Source of the DNA: Antedon mediterranea
Taxonomy: Eukaryota > Animalia > Echinodermata
Assembly: GCF_964355755.1 (NCBI RefSeq)
Contig: NC_092679.1
Span: 4,866,201-4,930,200, forward strand
Direction: 5' to 3'
DNA: 64,000 bases
The translations under genes were made by a program, and so were the position numbers. Shown piece by piece: positions 23,501 through 35,500 of the stretch (position 1 is its first letter; the number at the start of each line of letters is the position of its first letter). The notes beneath the pieces were generated by a model. The model did not search any database. It was not told the DNA's origin and worked only from the letters and a program-made list of their open reading frames with translations.

Positions 23501-25444
23501 CCAAATAGGGGTGTTTTCCGATCGTGGTATACACTGTCTAATGAAACTTTCTTGAAAAATACCCGCACACAATAATACGAGGATGCTTCGCATTTTCCTA
23601 TCTCTTCCTACGTTGTTGTTAATAGCTGAAAACCGGTTGAACAGCTCGAGTACAGCATCATAATGTTGAAGACAGACCGATTTTCTTTAAAAAATACTAT
23701 TTTGATATGTTTAATATACAGTATATACTGTAAATGTGTATACAAATGTATTGATTTGTGATGAATGGAACATTCAAAATTATTTGGTTTAACCATAGAG
23801 GTATATGCTTACCTCCATGGTTTAACACAAGTAGGTAAATTTATGGGCCCTTGGAGAATAAACATAGAATAGTACTGCAATGCTGTACAATACTGTAAAT
23901 AGGTATGAACCACTTTTGATCCTCATTTGAATCGAAAATTTCTACTGTGAGGGTTGATACTGTTAGATATAATATAAACAAATGTACAAATAAACTTTAT
24001 TACTGTGAGTGTGGGTAGGCCCTACTTTTTGATTATAAACACATAATATACAAATAAATAAACTTAATTACTGACAGTTGCTTTTCAACGTTTGTATTAA
24101 TTAATAATTAAAATATATATAAACGTTGTAGTGGTGTATCGTTACATGTACTTTTCTATTTCAATCTACTATGACAGTGAGAGTTTTAACAAAGTATTAA
24201 ATCGCAAATGTTTTACTGTATAGTGGTATATTATTATTAACAAAATATTACATTACTGATGGATAATAAGAATATATTTTAAAATTGTTCTTCTTTGTGC
24301 CTATCCTCTTCACCATCCCTCAACCCTAATGTTGCATATAAAATACAAATTGGATTTGTTTAAATGAGTCCAAATAATAAAATTGGACTCATTTTGTGAC
24401 AAGTTTCTCTCTCGGAAGTAATTCCCAGGGTGCTAATTTTGGTTGAGTACAAAAATCATTGTGTCTATTTATTTGTTTCTGTAAACGACAATGTATTATA
24501 GTCCTGCGGTACGTACAATGTGAAATCTCCATTTTTTCCTCGGTGGAATTACTGTGTATTCGAGAACCATCTGTGGGCACGACCTAGATCTAGTAAATAA
24601 TAATTTGTCTTCTTTGAGCGGAATCACCAGATGTTCAGTGCGCCACGCATACCAGGTTATATATACTGTGAGTATTGACCAATCACAAATGGACTTTTGT
24701 CACATCTATAGAGGGTGAATAACAAATGAGGGCGCTATGTATGCATATTTTAAACAGTTTTAGTTGATTAATTTCTTCAAGCAAAGTTATATGGCGCAGC
24801 GGGTAAAACGTATTGTGATGATGTGGAAAAATCGTAGCGACTTCAAGTCTCTGTAGATGACTTGTTTATTTATCGCCAAACGCGAGTGTTGCCACACGAA
24901 AATTACGCAGTTAATATCATCGTACTTGAGAATTACTGGATTTTATTTGTTTGACAGGGACACCATAATCGCGTGAAAATTACTCTTGTCAATTTTATTG
25001 TACTCGAAGAAATATACGATTTACGATCCTTGCAACAGTAGTTATGTGATGCAGTTTCAACCAATCGCGTTCACATATTTACATAGGCTATGTAATATAT
25101 ATATATATATATATATTTTGAACATTAGTATTTAATGAAGAGTTTTATATAATTAATAAAAAAATAAAAACATGGTAATAAATCTATAGATAGTAGTTCA
25201 ATAAAAGTGTAGTAGAATTAATTTGAAAGTTATTTAGATAAACAACAATAAAGAAATAGTTATAAGATTTTCTGTTAACTTGCAGTTAAATGACAACTGG
25301 AATATAGACTCTCCTTCATACACATGGAAGAAACTGGATATGACTCAGCAAGCCAACAAGGATATGGTTACTGAATATTTCTCAAGTGATAGAGGTGATA
25401 TGGTTGGTGGCAAAATTATAAAAGACATAAAAATCTTAAAGTAA
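11502..25444 (+). CDS. EEF1G: Eukaryotic translation elongation factor 1-gamma (GST-like N-domain, Lys/Glu linker, EF1G C-domain), 10 exons
   Basis: Exons 11502-11513 (MAAG), 11654-11812 ([13 protein letters not shown]...KFPLGK), 13893-13956 (VPAFEG...), 14145-14287, 19697-19840 ([14 protein letters not shown]), 20218-20347 (NVTRWF...MAQFD), 20874-21060 ([10 protein letters not shown]), 21166-21335, 21636-21760 (GMFQRVDKL...FRGQELAF), 25286-25444 (...KILK*). All introns GT-AG and phase-consistent. Confidence 0.97.
12108..13308. mobile_element. Long fold-back (palindromic) non-autonomous DNA transposon in EEF1G intron 2
   Basis: 12108-12265 plus 12604-12778 are the reverse complement of 12965-13308 (gcgctagttcca...tggaactagcgc), followed by TTAA. 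A related fragment lies at ~61000-61470. Confidence 0.8.
12266..12603. mobile_element. Harbinger-like MITE nested in the left arm of the fold-back element
   Basis: TIR of ~50 bp: tgcacttgtcaattgtatgac-cactatacgacccc...ggggtcgtatagtg-gtcatacaattgacaagtgca; TTA target-site duplication; absent from the right arm. Confidence 0.8.
14368..14441 (+). ncRNA. SNORD82: Box C/D snoRNA, U82/SNORD82-like (copy 1, EEF1G intron 4)
   Basis: Terminal stem atgccaata/tattggcat; box C ATGATGA (14378); guide GGGACGTAATC followed by D' CTGA; C' TTGATGA; box D CTGA (14429). The guide pairs with 18S GAUUACGUCCC, and the D+5 rule gives the A equivalent to human 18S Am1678. Confidence 0.88.
16231..18812 (+). mobile_element. 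Sola2-like DNA transposon with ~520-bp TIRs and a 5'-deleted DDD transposase, third layer
   Basis: 16231-~16750 is the near-perfect reverse complement of ~18310-18812; GGG...CCC termini with a CTAG duplication (TA is an alternative reading). Transposase remnant [13 protein letters not shown]...[20 protein letters not shown] (16921-17280) continues at 17622-18200. Confidence 0.8.
17281..17619 (-). mobile_element. tRNA-headed DeuSINE interrupting the transposase, innermost layer
   Basis: Minus strand: TGGCCGAGCGG A-box, GGTTCGAGGCC B-box, Deu core TCTTCTCGGATAAGGACTATAAACC...TTAAAGGACCC...AAGAGTAGGGGGTTACCCCGGTG and an A-rich tail. Removing it rejoins ...DYCV to MDIPG... Confidence 0.8.
19949..20020 (+). 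ncRNA. SNORD82: Box C/D snoRNA, U82/SNORD82-like (copy 2, EEF1G intron 5)
   Basis: Nearly identical to copy 1: tgccaata stem, ATGATGA, GGGACGTAATC-CTGA, TTGATGA, CTGA, tattggca. Confidence 0.88.
20438..20507 (+). ncRNA. SNORD82: Box C/D snoRNA, U82/SNORD82-like (copy 3, EEF1G intron 6)
   Basis: Stem gccagca/tgctggc (compensatory changes relative to copies 1 and 2), ATGATGA, GGGACGTAATA-CTGA, TTGATGA, CTGA. Confidence 0.88.
22598..22783. repeat. 20-bp minisatellite, ~9 copies, EEF1G intron 9
   Basis: (cataggtcggtgtatgtcaa)n. Confidence 0.95.
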
Positions 25445-25625
25445 ATTGAGCAAATGTTGCTAAATTCAAAAACTAATATTTAAATAATATCAATTATTTC
25501 TAAACAGAACCCAAAGTTAAAATGTGTTTCTCCACTTCAAGCATACACCAAAACAAAAATACTGAAAATGTTTTTTTCTGAAATATCAGTCTCAATTAAT
25601 GACCACCTAGAAAAACTCGCCATAA

Positions 25626-25923
25626 AGCTCTGCCCATACTATCAAACTTTATGTGGCAAAAAATGTGATGTGCCCATATATGGACACGATGATGTCATAT
25701 CACTACCATATTTGGGCACAACACACTTGCCAAATTAGTTTAATAGTTTAGAAAGAGCTTAAAGCTCTGTGTACACTATCAAACTAGTTTGACGAAAAAA
25801 GTGTGATGTGGCCAAATATAGTAGTGATATGCCCAAATATGGTAGTGATATGACATCATCATGGCCATATATGGGCACATCACATGTTTTTGTCACATTA
25901 GGTTTGATGGTGTAGACAGAGCT
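25626..25923. mobile_element. Two adjacent, oppositely oriented Harbinger-like MITEs
   Basis: Each has agctctg...actatcaaact / agtttgat...agagct termini separated by TAA; the internal gatgtcatatcactaccatatttgggca is inverted between copies. A partial copy lies at ~49430-49550. Confidence 0.7.
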
Positions 25924-26309
25924 TAAGAAGATGTTATTGTTCTATACGTATTTAACTTCAAACATCACATTCTGGCATAATATCAGTACTATCCATTGTG
26001 ATGTGCACATATATCAACCAAGTCATTTATGCATGATAACAAGACTATACTCTGGCATGGTTGACCATTATTACCAAATATGGTTGCATCATTATGGATA
26101 TGAATGTCTGTATTTTGGATTATTAGCCATACAGTACATAGTGAGATCAACGTCTTGACGTCCTCCATTTTATATTTGCTACAGACCAATGACCCCATTT
26201 TTTTGGGCAGAAACAATGTCAGCATAATTATTGAGTGGATAATAAATATCTGCACATAATATGAATTGTTGAGTTTTTGTATTATTGAATATATTATATA
26301 TCCAAAGGT

Positions 26310-26580
26310 AAATAACTGAAAAATATGACAATGCTGTGGGTATCAGTGGCTGGATCTCAATGAAGAGACAAAATAAAATAAGCACTGAAAAAAAGTGACA
26401 ATGCTGTGGGTATCAGTGGCTGGATCTCAATGGAGATACAAAATAAAATAAGCACTGAAAAATGACAATGCTGTAGGTATCCGTGGCTGGATCTCAATGA
26501 AGATACAAGATAAAATAACTGAAAAATGACAATGCTGTGGGTATCAGTGGCTGGATCTCAATGAAGATACAAAAAAAAAG
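26310..26580. repeat. 64-70-bp tandem repeat, 4 copies, adjacent to the hammerhead motif
   Basis: tgacaatgctgtgggtatcagtggctggatctcaatgaagatacaaaataaaa repeats at ~26326, 26396, 26463 and 26527. Confidence 0.9.
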
Positions 26581-26626
26581 CTAAAAGCTAAATCAAAACG
26601 ATAAAGTAAAACAGCCAGAAAAGTTA

Positions 26627-26668
26627 GCAGAGCTTTCGGGCAACACTACTGTAGCCCTTCATCAGTGC
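26627..26668 (-). ncRNA. Minimal type-I hammerhead ribozyme motif (Penelope-like element / retrozyme type)
   Basis: Minus strand reads gca-CUGAUGA-a-gggc(uacaguaguguu)gccc-GAAA-gc-UC-ugc: complete catalytic core, stem II, palindromic AGCU in place of stem III and a short stem I. Confidence 0.65.
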
Positions 26669-26699
26669 AAGTGTAGTTAATATATATATATATTTTTTT

Positions 26700-27010
26700 G
26701 TTATTACACCTTATTTATAGAGGGTGACCCTAAACAGCAGATGCTGACAATAAAGGGGCTCTCTTGATGAGTGACAGTGGCTGTGTGTATACTAGTACAC
26801 CGGAGTAACCCCCTACTAGGTTCTTTAAAGTGCACATGCGGCAGATATGTACACTAGACCTACGGTTTATAGTCCTTGCCGAGAAGACTTGTTCTACCAT
26901 ACTATAGTTCCATGGTTCTACCACCAGAACCATGGAGCGAGTTAAACTCGAACCCTTGCCGATGTTTATATGGCAAGGTATTACAGTTCCACTGTCCTAA
27001 CCGCTTAATT
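26700..27010 (-). mobile_element. DeuSINE copy
   Basis: Shares ccgg-gtaaccccctact...ttctttaaagtgcac...ggtttatagtcctt-ccgagaagacttg...ctcgaacccttgccgatg with the element at 17281-17619. Confidence 0.75.
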
Positions 27011-27729
27011 GCATTGGGTAACCTTTTAAATTTGGTGTTTAGCTTGACCGGTGTGATTGGATATGGGGTGCCCTTTTGTTTGTTTGCATTAACACTTACA
27101 GTACAGTAAACCGCGAGAGGATACCCTACTTATTTGTTTATCTGCGCTCTTTAAACGCCAGGTGCGGGCATAACATTTCTATTGATCATACATTCCAATA
27201 ATTATCGATATATAGTTTCCCCTATGTTTCATAATTGTTGAGATTTTATTTGTCTTACACGAGCTTGTTGAAAATAAGCACTTTTTTATCAGTGGGGGAT
27301 AGTTCAAATTACACAGTTAAATCTCTATTCTTTTGTAAATAGAGAGGCATTTTAAAAAGCTATGAAAAATAAACGGTGTGGTAAAAAATGTTATCAGATG
27401 ACTAAATATAGGTAATATAACTTGAATTTTACATTTCTGGTATTTTTATTCAACTTTAGATTTTTATTTTCATGCTATAGCAAAAATTATCCACCTTATA
27501 TCCACCATCTTTTTTCACCTTCTATGGAGTCGCCAGACATGTTATTACATTAGGTTAAACTACCTAACTACTGAAAAAGTGTCTTTCTGGTTTTTATGGC
27601 AGAATTTTGCCAATTTTGTATTTGACTATATTAAGGAAAATTCATGTTTTTTCGTCTTGATTTCTGTTACAAATATTTGATTTATGTACAATTAACCAGA
27701 TATTATATTTAAAATTCATGCCTGTACCA

Positions 27730-27925
27730 GAGCTTTAACGTGCACACAAGCCATGTTGCCAACACGTGGCCAACGGCTTAACATCTAATAGACGGATGCT
27801 ATGCGCTATTCAACCCACCAGTGCGAACACACCGAGAGCGACGATGGGATTTGAACCGTGGACCAAAAGAAACCTACTTGGCACAGTTTTTCCAACTGCA
27901 CGCTATATGCTGGTCTCGGCCATGA
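27730..27925 (-). mobile_element. Degenerate tRNA-derived SINE
   Basis: ctttaacgtgcac (Deu-like), B-box-like gggatttgaacc and a 5' ctcggcc end on the minus strand. Confidence 0.45.
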
Positions 27926-28114
27926 TTTAACCATGTTTGGGCCAACTTACGAGTCGCGCTAAACTGTTTCAAGTCGACTTTACCTGACCGACACTGTTAA
28001 TCTACTTATTCGGGATTGACCAATAACAATGCCAGAATTAAGTAAAACAATTTACTGTTTGTAATTGTATAATGTATGTTGTCCACTTTAGTGCTTGAAA
28101 CGTATCAACAATAT

Positions 28115-28717
28115 AATTATTGTCCCCCGTGAAAAAAAAAAAGTTTCAAATTTTCTTGTTGAATATGCCATTTTGATGTTCCATCTGCCATTTTGATGTT
28201 CCATCTAAATTATAATAGTTATTATAGTATTCACTTTGACCAAAATCGAAAAAAAAATTGTTGGAAAACTGTAATTAAAGCAAAAAATAGTCAAATATGG
28301 CTGCCATATGGATATTTGGTTGAATTTTACCGTTTCTTTTGTATTTTTGTTGAGTGAAAACATTTTTTTTTCTGCGGAAATGAACTTTATTAAACTATTC
28401 AAGATCGGATTTGATTAATCTTCGTGTTTTTGGGGACATTTCATCTTTAAAGATATATTGTTCACCTAACAATAATTTTTTTAAATGTTGTTGAATATGC
28501 CATTTTAATGTCACATAATTGTCATCCACTTTGATCAAAAACTGGACCGAAATTATTTTCAAAAATGTAATTTAAAGCAAAAAATACCATTGAAAGAATT
28601 ATTTTGTTTATTTTTGTCTACAGTGAATAACATTATTAAAACTACAAATAAACTATTCAAAGTCTGATTTTATTAATCTTTATTTTGTATGTTTTTGGGG
28701 ACACAATACATCTTTAA
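28115..28717. mobile_element. Two tandem Kolobok-like MITE remnants
   Basis: ttaaagatatattgt... / ...ggggaca(c)aatacatctttaa termini with a shared TTAA at 28447-28450; the internal sequence is repeated between the two units. Confidence 0.55.
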
Positions 28718-29503
28718 TGACTAAAAAACTGTTCTGATGAGCCGGGAACTATTACAGTATCATATTAAAATTATTAAATTATATAAATCTGAACGACTGC
28801 AATAGGTCGGGATCAGAGAGGTCAAAATGCGTAATTAACTTTTTTCAATTAAGATTTTATAGTTGTTGATTATAGGGTAATGAATATTTGATGAATACAA
28901 GTCGTTTATATTTCTCGTGTTTTTATTACTGTAGCTCAACCACCATTGTGATCACCTTGTTAGGAGCCTTTTGTGTTACATTGTCAAACTTGTTACTCAT
29001 ATACAATAAAAACACAACTCAACTCGGTGAACTCCAAACCTGAATGAAGGGATGTTCTCTTGAAAAGGTTCAATGGACCGAATTCCATATCTCCTTTGAT
29101 TTGTGTTTAGAAACCAATGCTCCATTCAGCAAAAGCGGCCATGTAAATCGACACCCTATTTTTATGTAAATTTTCACAAGAATAACTAAGAATGAGGGAA
29201 ACTGAATAGGTGCGATTATTTGGACTTTCAAAAATTATAACTGATGTTCAGCAGCACGGCTTCGTGACAAAGTATGCACGGCTTCGTGACAAGTGTCATA
29301 TTGTATGTCACATTTTAAAAGGCAGAAAACAATGAGTTAGATCTACTGATGTTCGATGGAATATTTAAAAAATCCATTTGATTTTGCATTAAATATGCGT
29401 ACAATATTAATACCGGGTTGAGATGAAACGCTTTCAAAAGTGATCATTCTGCGACAATCTCAGATTTTTATCAGATAGTCAACAAATCAGTTTTTTAGTC
29501 AAT

Positions 29504-32500
29504 ATGGGAAATTCGTGCTGTGTTGGACACCAACGGAAAGGTAAGAATTCATTTTTATAATTATAAAAAACAATAGTAAATATTTAGGATTCATTTAATC
29601 ATATGTTTTGTTGTCGTTCTTTTAAATAACATAATATATAAGTTAATAAATTAGTACGTGTTTCTTTGCACGTCTACCAGGACGGAAGTTCTTTAATTAC
29701 AATGAAATTCATATTTACACGTTTATGTAATTTTAAAAAAATCGATTGTCGATATTTTAGGTAATGCCATATTATGTGTACACGCGCACAACCTTGGGTA
29801 AACCATAGGTATTCACTATAATATCTGAATGGGTAAATCAGGTAGGCGTAAAACCCACGTTTTTAGAATCCAAATTCCCTTCGTTGCCTTTTTTTATGCA
29901 ACAGTATTGTATTTATTTAGTCACTCCTTTTTAGTTATTTTTTACCAGGATTTCCTCTTTCGGTATGTTGTTTTTTTTTCTGTGATGTGTGGCACTTTCA
30001 TGCAAGCAATGTGAACGTGGATTATACATTTTTTTTTGCGCAATATAGGCCTAAACAACTTTCGTTAACCTGTTCTCTAGTAAGTTGCCAACACTTTCAC
30101 ATAACATCACAAATTTGTTTTAGCACAATTCTTTAAGCATGGAGTTAGCTTAAAGCTAAGGTTATGACTAATGTGTTCTTTGATGGTCTATGAGAGACGC
30201 TTTTGTTCCGGTTCTATAAAGGGTGTACCTGTCAAGGGTGTAAACGTTTCCGATTGTTACAAAGACAATACGGTACCTTTATGATGATGGCATAACTAAT
30301 GTCGGAATAGTAATTAGAATCACTTGTATTAGTAAAATATATTAGGGACGTCTATTTAGCCGATTGAAGACGTCGTGGTTGACGACACTCCTTGGGTGTG
30401 GGTCATGGAGGACGTCGTGGTTGACATCACTCCTTGGGTGGGTCATGGAGGACGTCGTCGTTGACGTCACTCCTATGGGGTGGAACATGGAGGACGTCGC
30501 GTGGTTGACGTTACTCCTGGGGTGGATCATGGCGGAGTTAATTTGGTGGATGGCAAAAACAAAATCTTTCCTTCGATTGGACCATCTTTCACTGATGTTT
30601 TTTGTTTACTTTTCTAGAGCATCAAAAGAAGCTTTTAGAAGCTGGTAAGAATGACAAGGACATCGGGAAAGGAGGAGGCAGTGATAACCCTGTTTACTTT
30701 GAAGATGGTAGGTATCTTTAATACACTTCAGTTGCTCGATCATGAGAGTAAAATGTATCCGCATGCGTGTCACCGTTTGTATTTCTTGATGATGGCGTTG
30801 CTGATTGTTGCTTGACAACATTTATTTTATTAGATTTATTATATAGATGGTTAACTTACGGTTTCCACTTCGACATCCCTAATAGGGTTTGATATGTGAA
30901 ACAAAAAATTAAAAGAAATTTATTTCACTTGGGTATGGGGGTGTCAACATTTACCTACCCCATCCCCTAAGTGAGCTCGCGTGAGGGGTGGGGAACGGTT
31001 ATTTTTTGGGGGTCAATGGTCAGTGACCTCAAATATCGTGTTTGGTCTCAAATGAAAGTAAATTTAGTTTCAAATACAAGAGTGGCATTTATTTGGTCTT
31101 GCTTCTGTAAAATGTTAATTTATACTGAGAGACAGCAGCACTGTTTATGCGACTTAAATCTATTCATCTTTATAATGGGCCTACTGTATGTTATGTAGAA
31201 ACATGTTATCATTATGAATTATACTACAATACTGTCCTCGGAAATGTTACAAAAGTGCTAGTACATTAGTGCATGTACAAATAGCAGATGGTCTAGTGGT
31301 CATCAGATTCTACCTGTTCCATAAGATAATCAAATATATAATTGATGAATACAAATCTTGCAAGAGGCAACCCATCCATGCCCTAGATGTTTTTGAAGTT
31401 GAAGTAGACACCACTACCTACCAGAATCAAGTGACATTTTTTCACAGATTGGCATACTATTTGGCGTAAGTCAAGTGAACACACTGCAGTTCGCGATTGG
31501 TCAAATCACTTGCGTGCGCTTACGCCCTTGAGTGCGTCCGAGTGTGAACCAAGCTTTACTGTGACATAAGCTTTCAATCGTGACAACAATAATCTAATTT
31601 CGAAGAATGCACATTTTTTCGGAATGACGTATTGCGACGTATTGATATGTTATTTGTAGGCCTACTTTTATTTTAAAAGTACAGTTACTAGAATGATATA
31701 GGCCTACAATAATACAAAGCCTATAAAATGCTTGCCATTTTTTTGATATTTGTACTTTTAGATCTCGAATATTTGAACAAGCGGTAACTGTCACTATTTC
31801 TAGATTTACAATACATAACCAAACAATTGTATAAGTTTGATGACGCACTTGCGGTATATATTGTACATTCTTTAACGCGCCATTTATTATTTGTCCTATT
31901 CAATTTTTTAACTGATGTTGAGTTTTACAGCAGTAATTATCCACTATATCGTGCATTCTATTTTTTATTGATGAGTTTCTTTTAGTAAAACTTATTTCAT
32001 AGCCTACGTAGTGCCAAATCGTATTTTGAACTATAGGACAAACAACCGGGCTAAACAAACATACCAATACACAACATAGTACAGTGTATTTCATAACCAT
32101 TGTATCCCAATGCAAGCATAGCTTGCAATTAGTAGTCGCACTTACCGGACGTGAGGTACCGCTAGACCAACATAGGTTAACCCTAAAATTGACAAATGCA
32201 AACCATATAGATTATCAGTACTTTATCATTAAACACTCACACAAAGTCAAAGTGCAACCGATTTATATGTGTTTATAGTTGGTGTAAGTGTATTGAAAGA
32301 CTAGTTGTGTCATGTTCAGACATAAGAAAACTTTAATATCTCCAAAAATTCCAAAATTACAAAACTTGTATAGATTCGCATAGAGCAGTAACGAGATATT
32401 GGACGGAGGGTAAGTTTAGTTTGTGCTATCAGCAGTATTAATATAAATTATATAATTATATTAATTTTGTAAAGTTTATATTATTCACTAAATCTGGTAA

Positions 32501-35500
32501 GTTACTGAACATTGGTGGTTAAATTTAAACCAGTGACATGAGCTTTGACAGTAAATTCACATCCAAACATACAGTGTTAGGCCTATTATACTTACTTGAC
32601 ACTTATACTAGAGACAAGTTTAGTTTGTGCTATCAACAGTAATAATATACATTATATAATTATATTATTTTTGTAAAGTTTATATCTTTCACTAAATCTG
32701 GTAAGTTACTGAACATTGGTGGTTAAAATTTAAACCAGTGACACGAGCTTTGACAGTAAATTCACATCCAAACATACAGTGTTAGGCCTATTATACTTAC
32801 TTGACACTTATACTAGAGACAAGTTTAGTTTGTGCTATCAACAGTAATAATATACATTATATAATTATATTATGTTTGTAAAGTTTATATCATTCACTAA
32901 ATCTGGTAAGTTACTGAACATTGGTGGTTAAAATTTAAACCAGTGACATGAGCTTTGACAGTAAATTCACATCCAAACATACAGTGTTAGGCCTATTATA
33001 CTTACTTGACACTTTATACTAGAGACTAGTATACATTTGAAGTTATATAGTCCAGATAAAGTGGTATAACGCCTGCGATATGATTTGACATTTGCATTAA
33101 CTGCATGAGTGATAACGTATTAGCTTATTTTGAATAGTGCTACCTGTTATGAAAAGTGTATAGAATAGTTGACAATTTGACATAACACCAGGATTTAATA
33201 TTATTATTATTGTATAGATTAACCTTCAATAATATTAGGTTAGGTGAGTTTAGAAAGTGACATGCAACAAACCTCTCCCGAACGGTGGCAAAGTATGGAA
33301 CAAATGTTTAGTAATGTTTGTAAACAGTTAATTATTCTTGTAATAAACTGTAACATTTATTCTTATTCTTGTTATTTAGAAAGGTTCTTTAAACTATGGA
33401 ATGTTCACATCTGAAGAAACCCACATCTCTTCCTAACTTTTTGTCAAACTCACAAAATGTTTTGAAATACGGTCTATCAAAAATAAGTGTCTTTGTCATT
33501 ACAGTGTTGCATTAGTCAGAAATTTCATTAAGAACAGTTAAATCATTACCAACAAAACAATTGTGTGTTATATTGTTGATTTTAACGGTCCATTAAGGAT
33601 TTAGGCCCGTCGATAAGTTATGAAGGTGTGGTTACATGGCTGAACTAATTTGGTAGAAGTTCAGTTCGGTTGCTTAACCATAATCGTCATAACCATGATA
33701 CCATAGGCTATACTGATTTGAGACCAATTATATCGATTATCGATCCACCAAATCGATCAACAAGAGATATTGGATTGATAATCTCATCTCTTAAAATTCT
33801 CCCATCTTTCCACGGTTCATGTTTCTACGTACACCTACACCATTTATTTATTGTTTGTCGTCAGATTTTCCTACATTCTTTCTTGCTTGTCCAGGTCGCC
33901 CGTTAAGCGCTATATTAGGCCTTTACACTGTAATTTACCAAATGCACTGCTAATTTTTTATTTTAACAACCAGAATTTTTTTCCCCAGAATGTTCTTTTG
34001 GTTCTAACTTACTCGGTGGTTAGGAAAACTTTGTACTCACAATAAGAAATGTTACGTTTCTTTTCTGTTAAAGTTTCGGTTTGTTCCTAAAATAATTTTA
34101 TTGTGGGCTTTTATAAATTATATATTAAATAAAAAAGTACTACAGTATCATTAAATCGATGCAATTATATATGCCTATAAATCCTTATATCTAATAAAAA
34201 GACAAATACAACACTATTTTGTTATATATCAACATGTTCAGTCAGAGAACGTCTCGAAAGATTAGGCATTAGTTCTGTATAACACCATTATTAAACACGT
34301 ACTTTTAATAATACTCTATTGTAACGATCAAGACAAGGATTTCAAGATAATTTCTGTAATACGATAATCATATTCTGTCTCGATACACGCCGAAGGGCAT
34401 ATCGGTTGAGTTAATAATTTCAATTACTTTCGAAAAACGAAACAAGGATTTGTGCCTTATAATCGTTCACCTGGAAATATTCAATTCATCTGTATATTTT
34501 TGCATTATTGTTGGTCTTTTAGGTAAACTCCTTTCTTCTTTCATAAATATTTACTCGCATACCGATTCGTTCAAACACCGTTGTTATCAATGCCTCAAAC
34601 GGCTTTATTACTGTATTTATTATACTTGACCTCTAAAGAATCAAATGGTTGTAATCTATTTTTGATACCACTGAATTGTAACTAAACAGTACACGACAGA
34701 TTACGTCGTAGAAAATGTTAACATTAATGTTATATTATTGATGAATGAAGAATATTTAATATTTTATATTCAACAAGGTATATTTATTATATATCAAAGA
34801 AATTATACAACCAACGAAAGGCTGAAATGAGTACAATTTACAGATATAAACACAATTATTGTACATTATATAAACATTAAAACAAACATGTAGCATGGTT
34901 GTTCTCATAGTTAATATATAACTTCAATTGTATTATATAAATGGGGACATGAAGTGACTGCTCGATATTGAATTAAAGAACTTGTCAATGTTTATTTTAC
35001 AGAAAATGAGGCATATGCTTGGTTTTTAAGACGCTCACATCCCGGTAACAACGCAGAATTATTGAAAAACGCAATAACTATTAAGAAAAGGGTAAGTATA
35101 CACCACAACTGTTCTTATTTTTTCTTCTGCATGCCTACCTCTCTTTACCGGTTGATTCCCAGAAAGATGCACAATTACGTAAGGACGTACGCGCAACGCA
35201 AGTCATTTTACCAATCACAAATGGTCTAATGCGAACTAAGCTTAAGTTAAAATGATAAATTCTTATAACGAAGTTACATTTGTATAGGCCTAGTCATGGA
35301 GAAAGATATAGTTATACATTCAAATTAAAGTCTTTGTTTTTACTTCACAGGATTCTTCGGCTGTTTTAACAAATGTTTCAAATCGTGGTACAACTAGCCA
35401 CGAAGACGAACTCGTAGAAAAACATGTACTTTTAAATGAAGATCGAAGAAATTCGTCGCTTGGAGTACACATTGCAGGCAGCATAGAAAAAGGAATATTC

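Noticed and set aside
28735-28760. Second CTGATGA hammerhead-like core
   Set aside because: No stem II followed by GAAA.
31269-31470. Possible extra exon of the PDZ gene ending at a gtaagt donor
   Set aside because: No convincing acceptor or homology, and the model 29540-35003 is already in frame without it.
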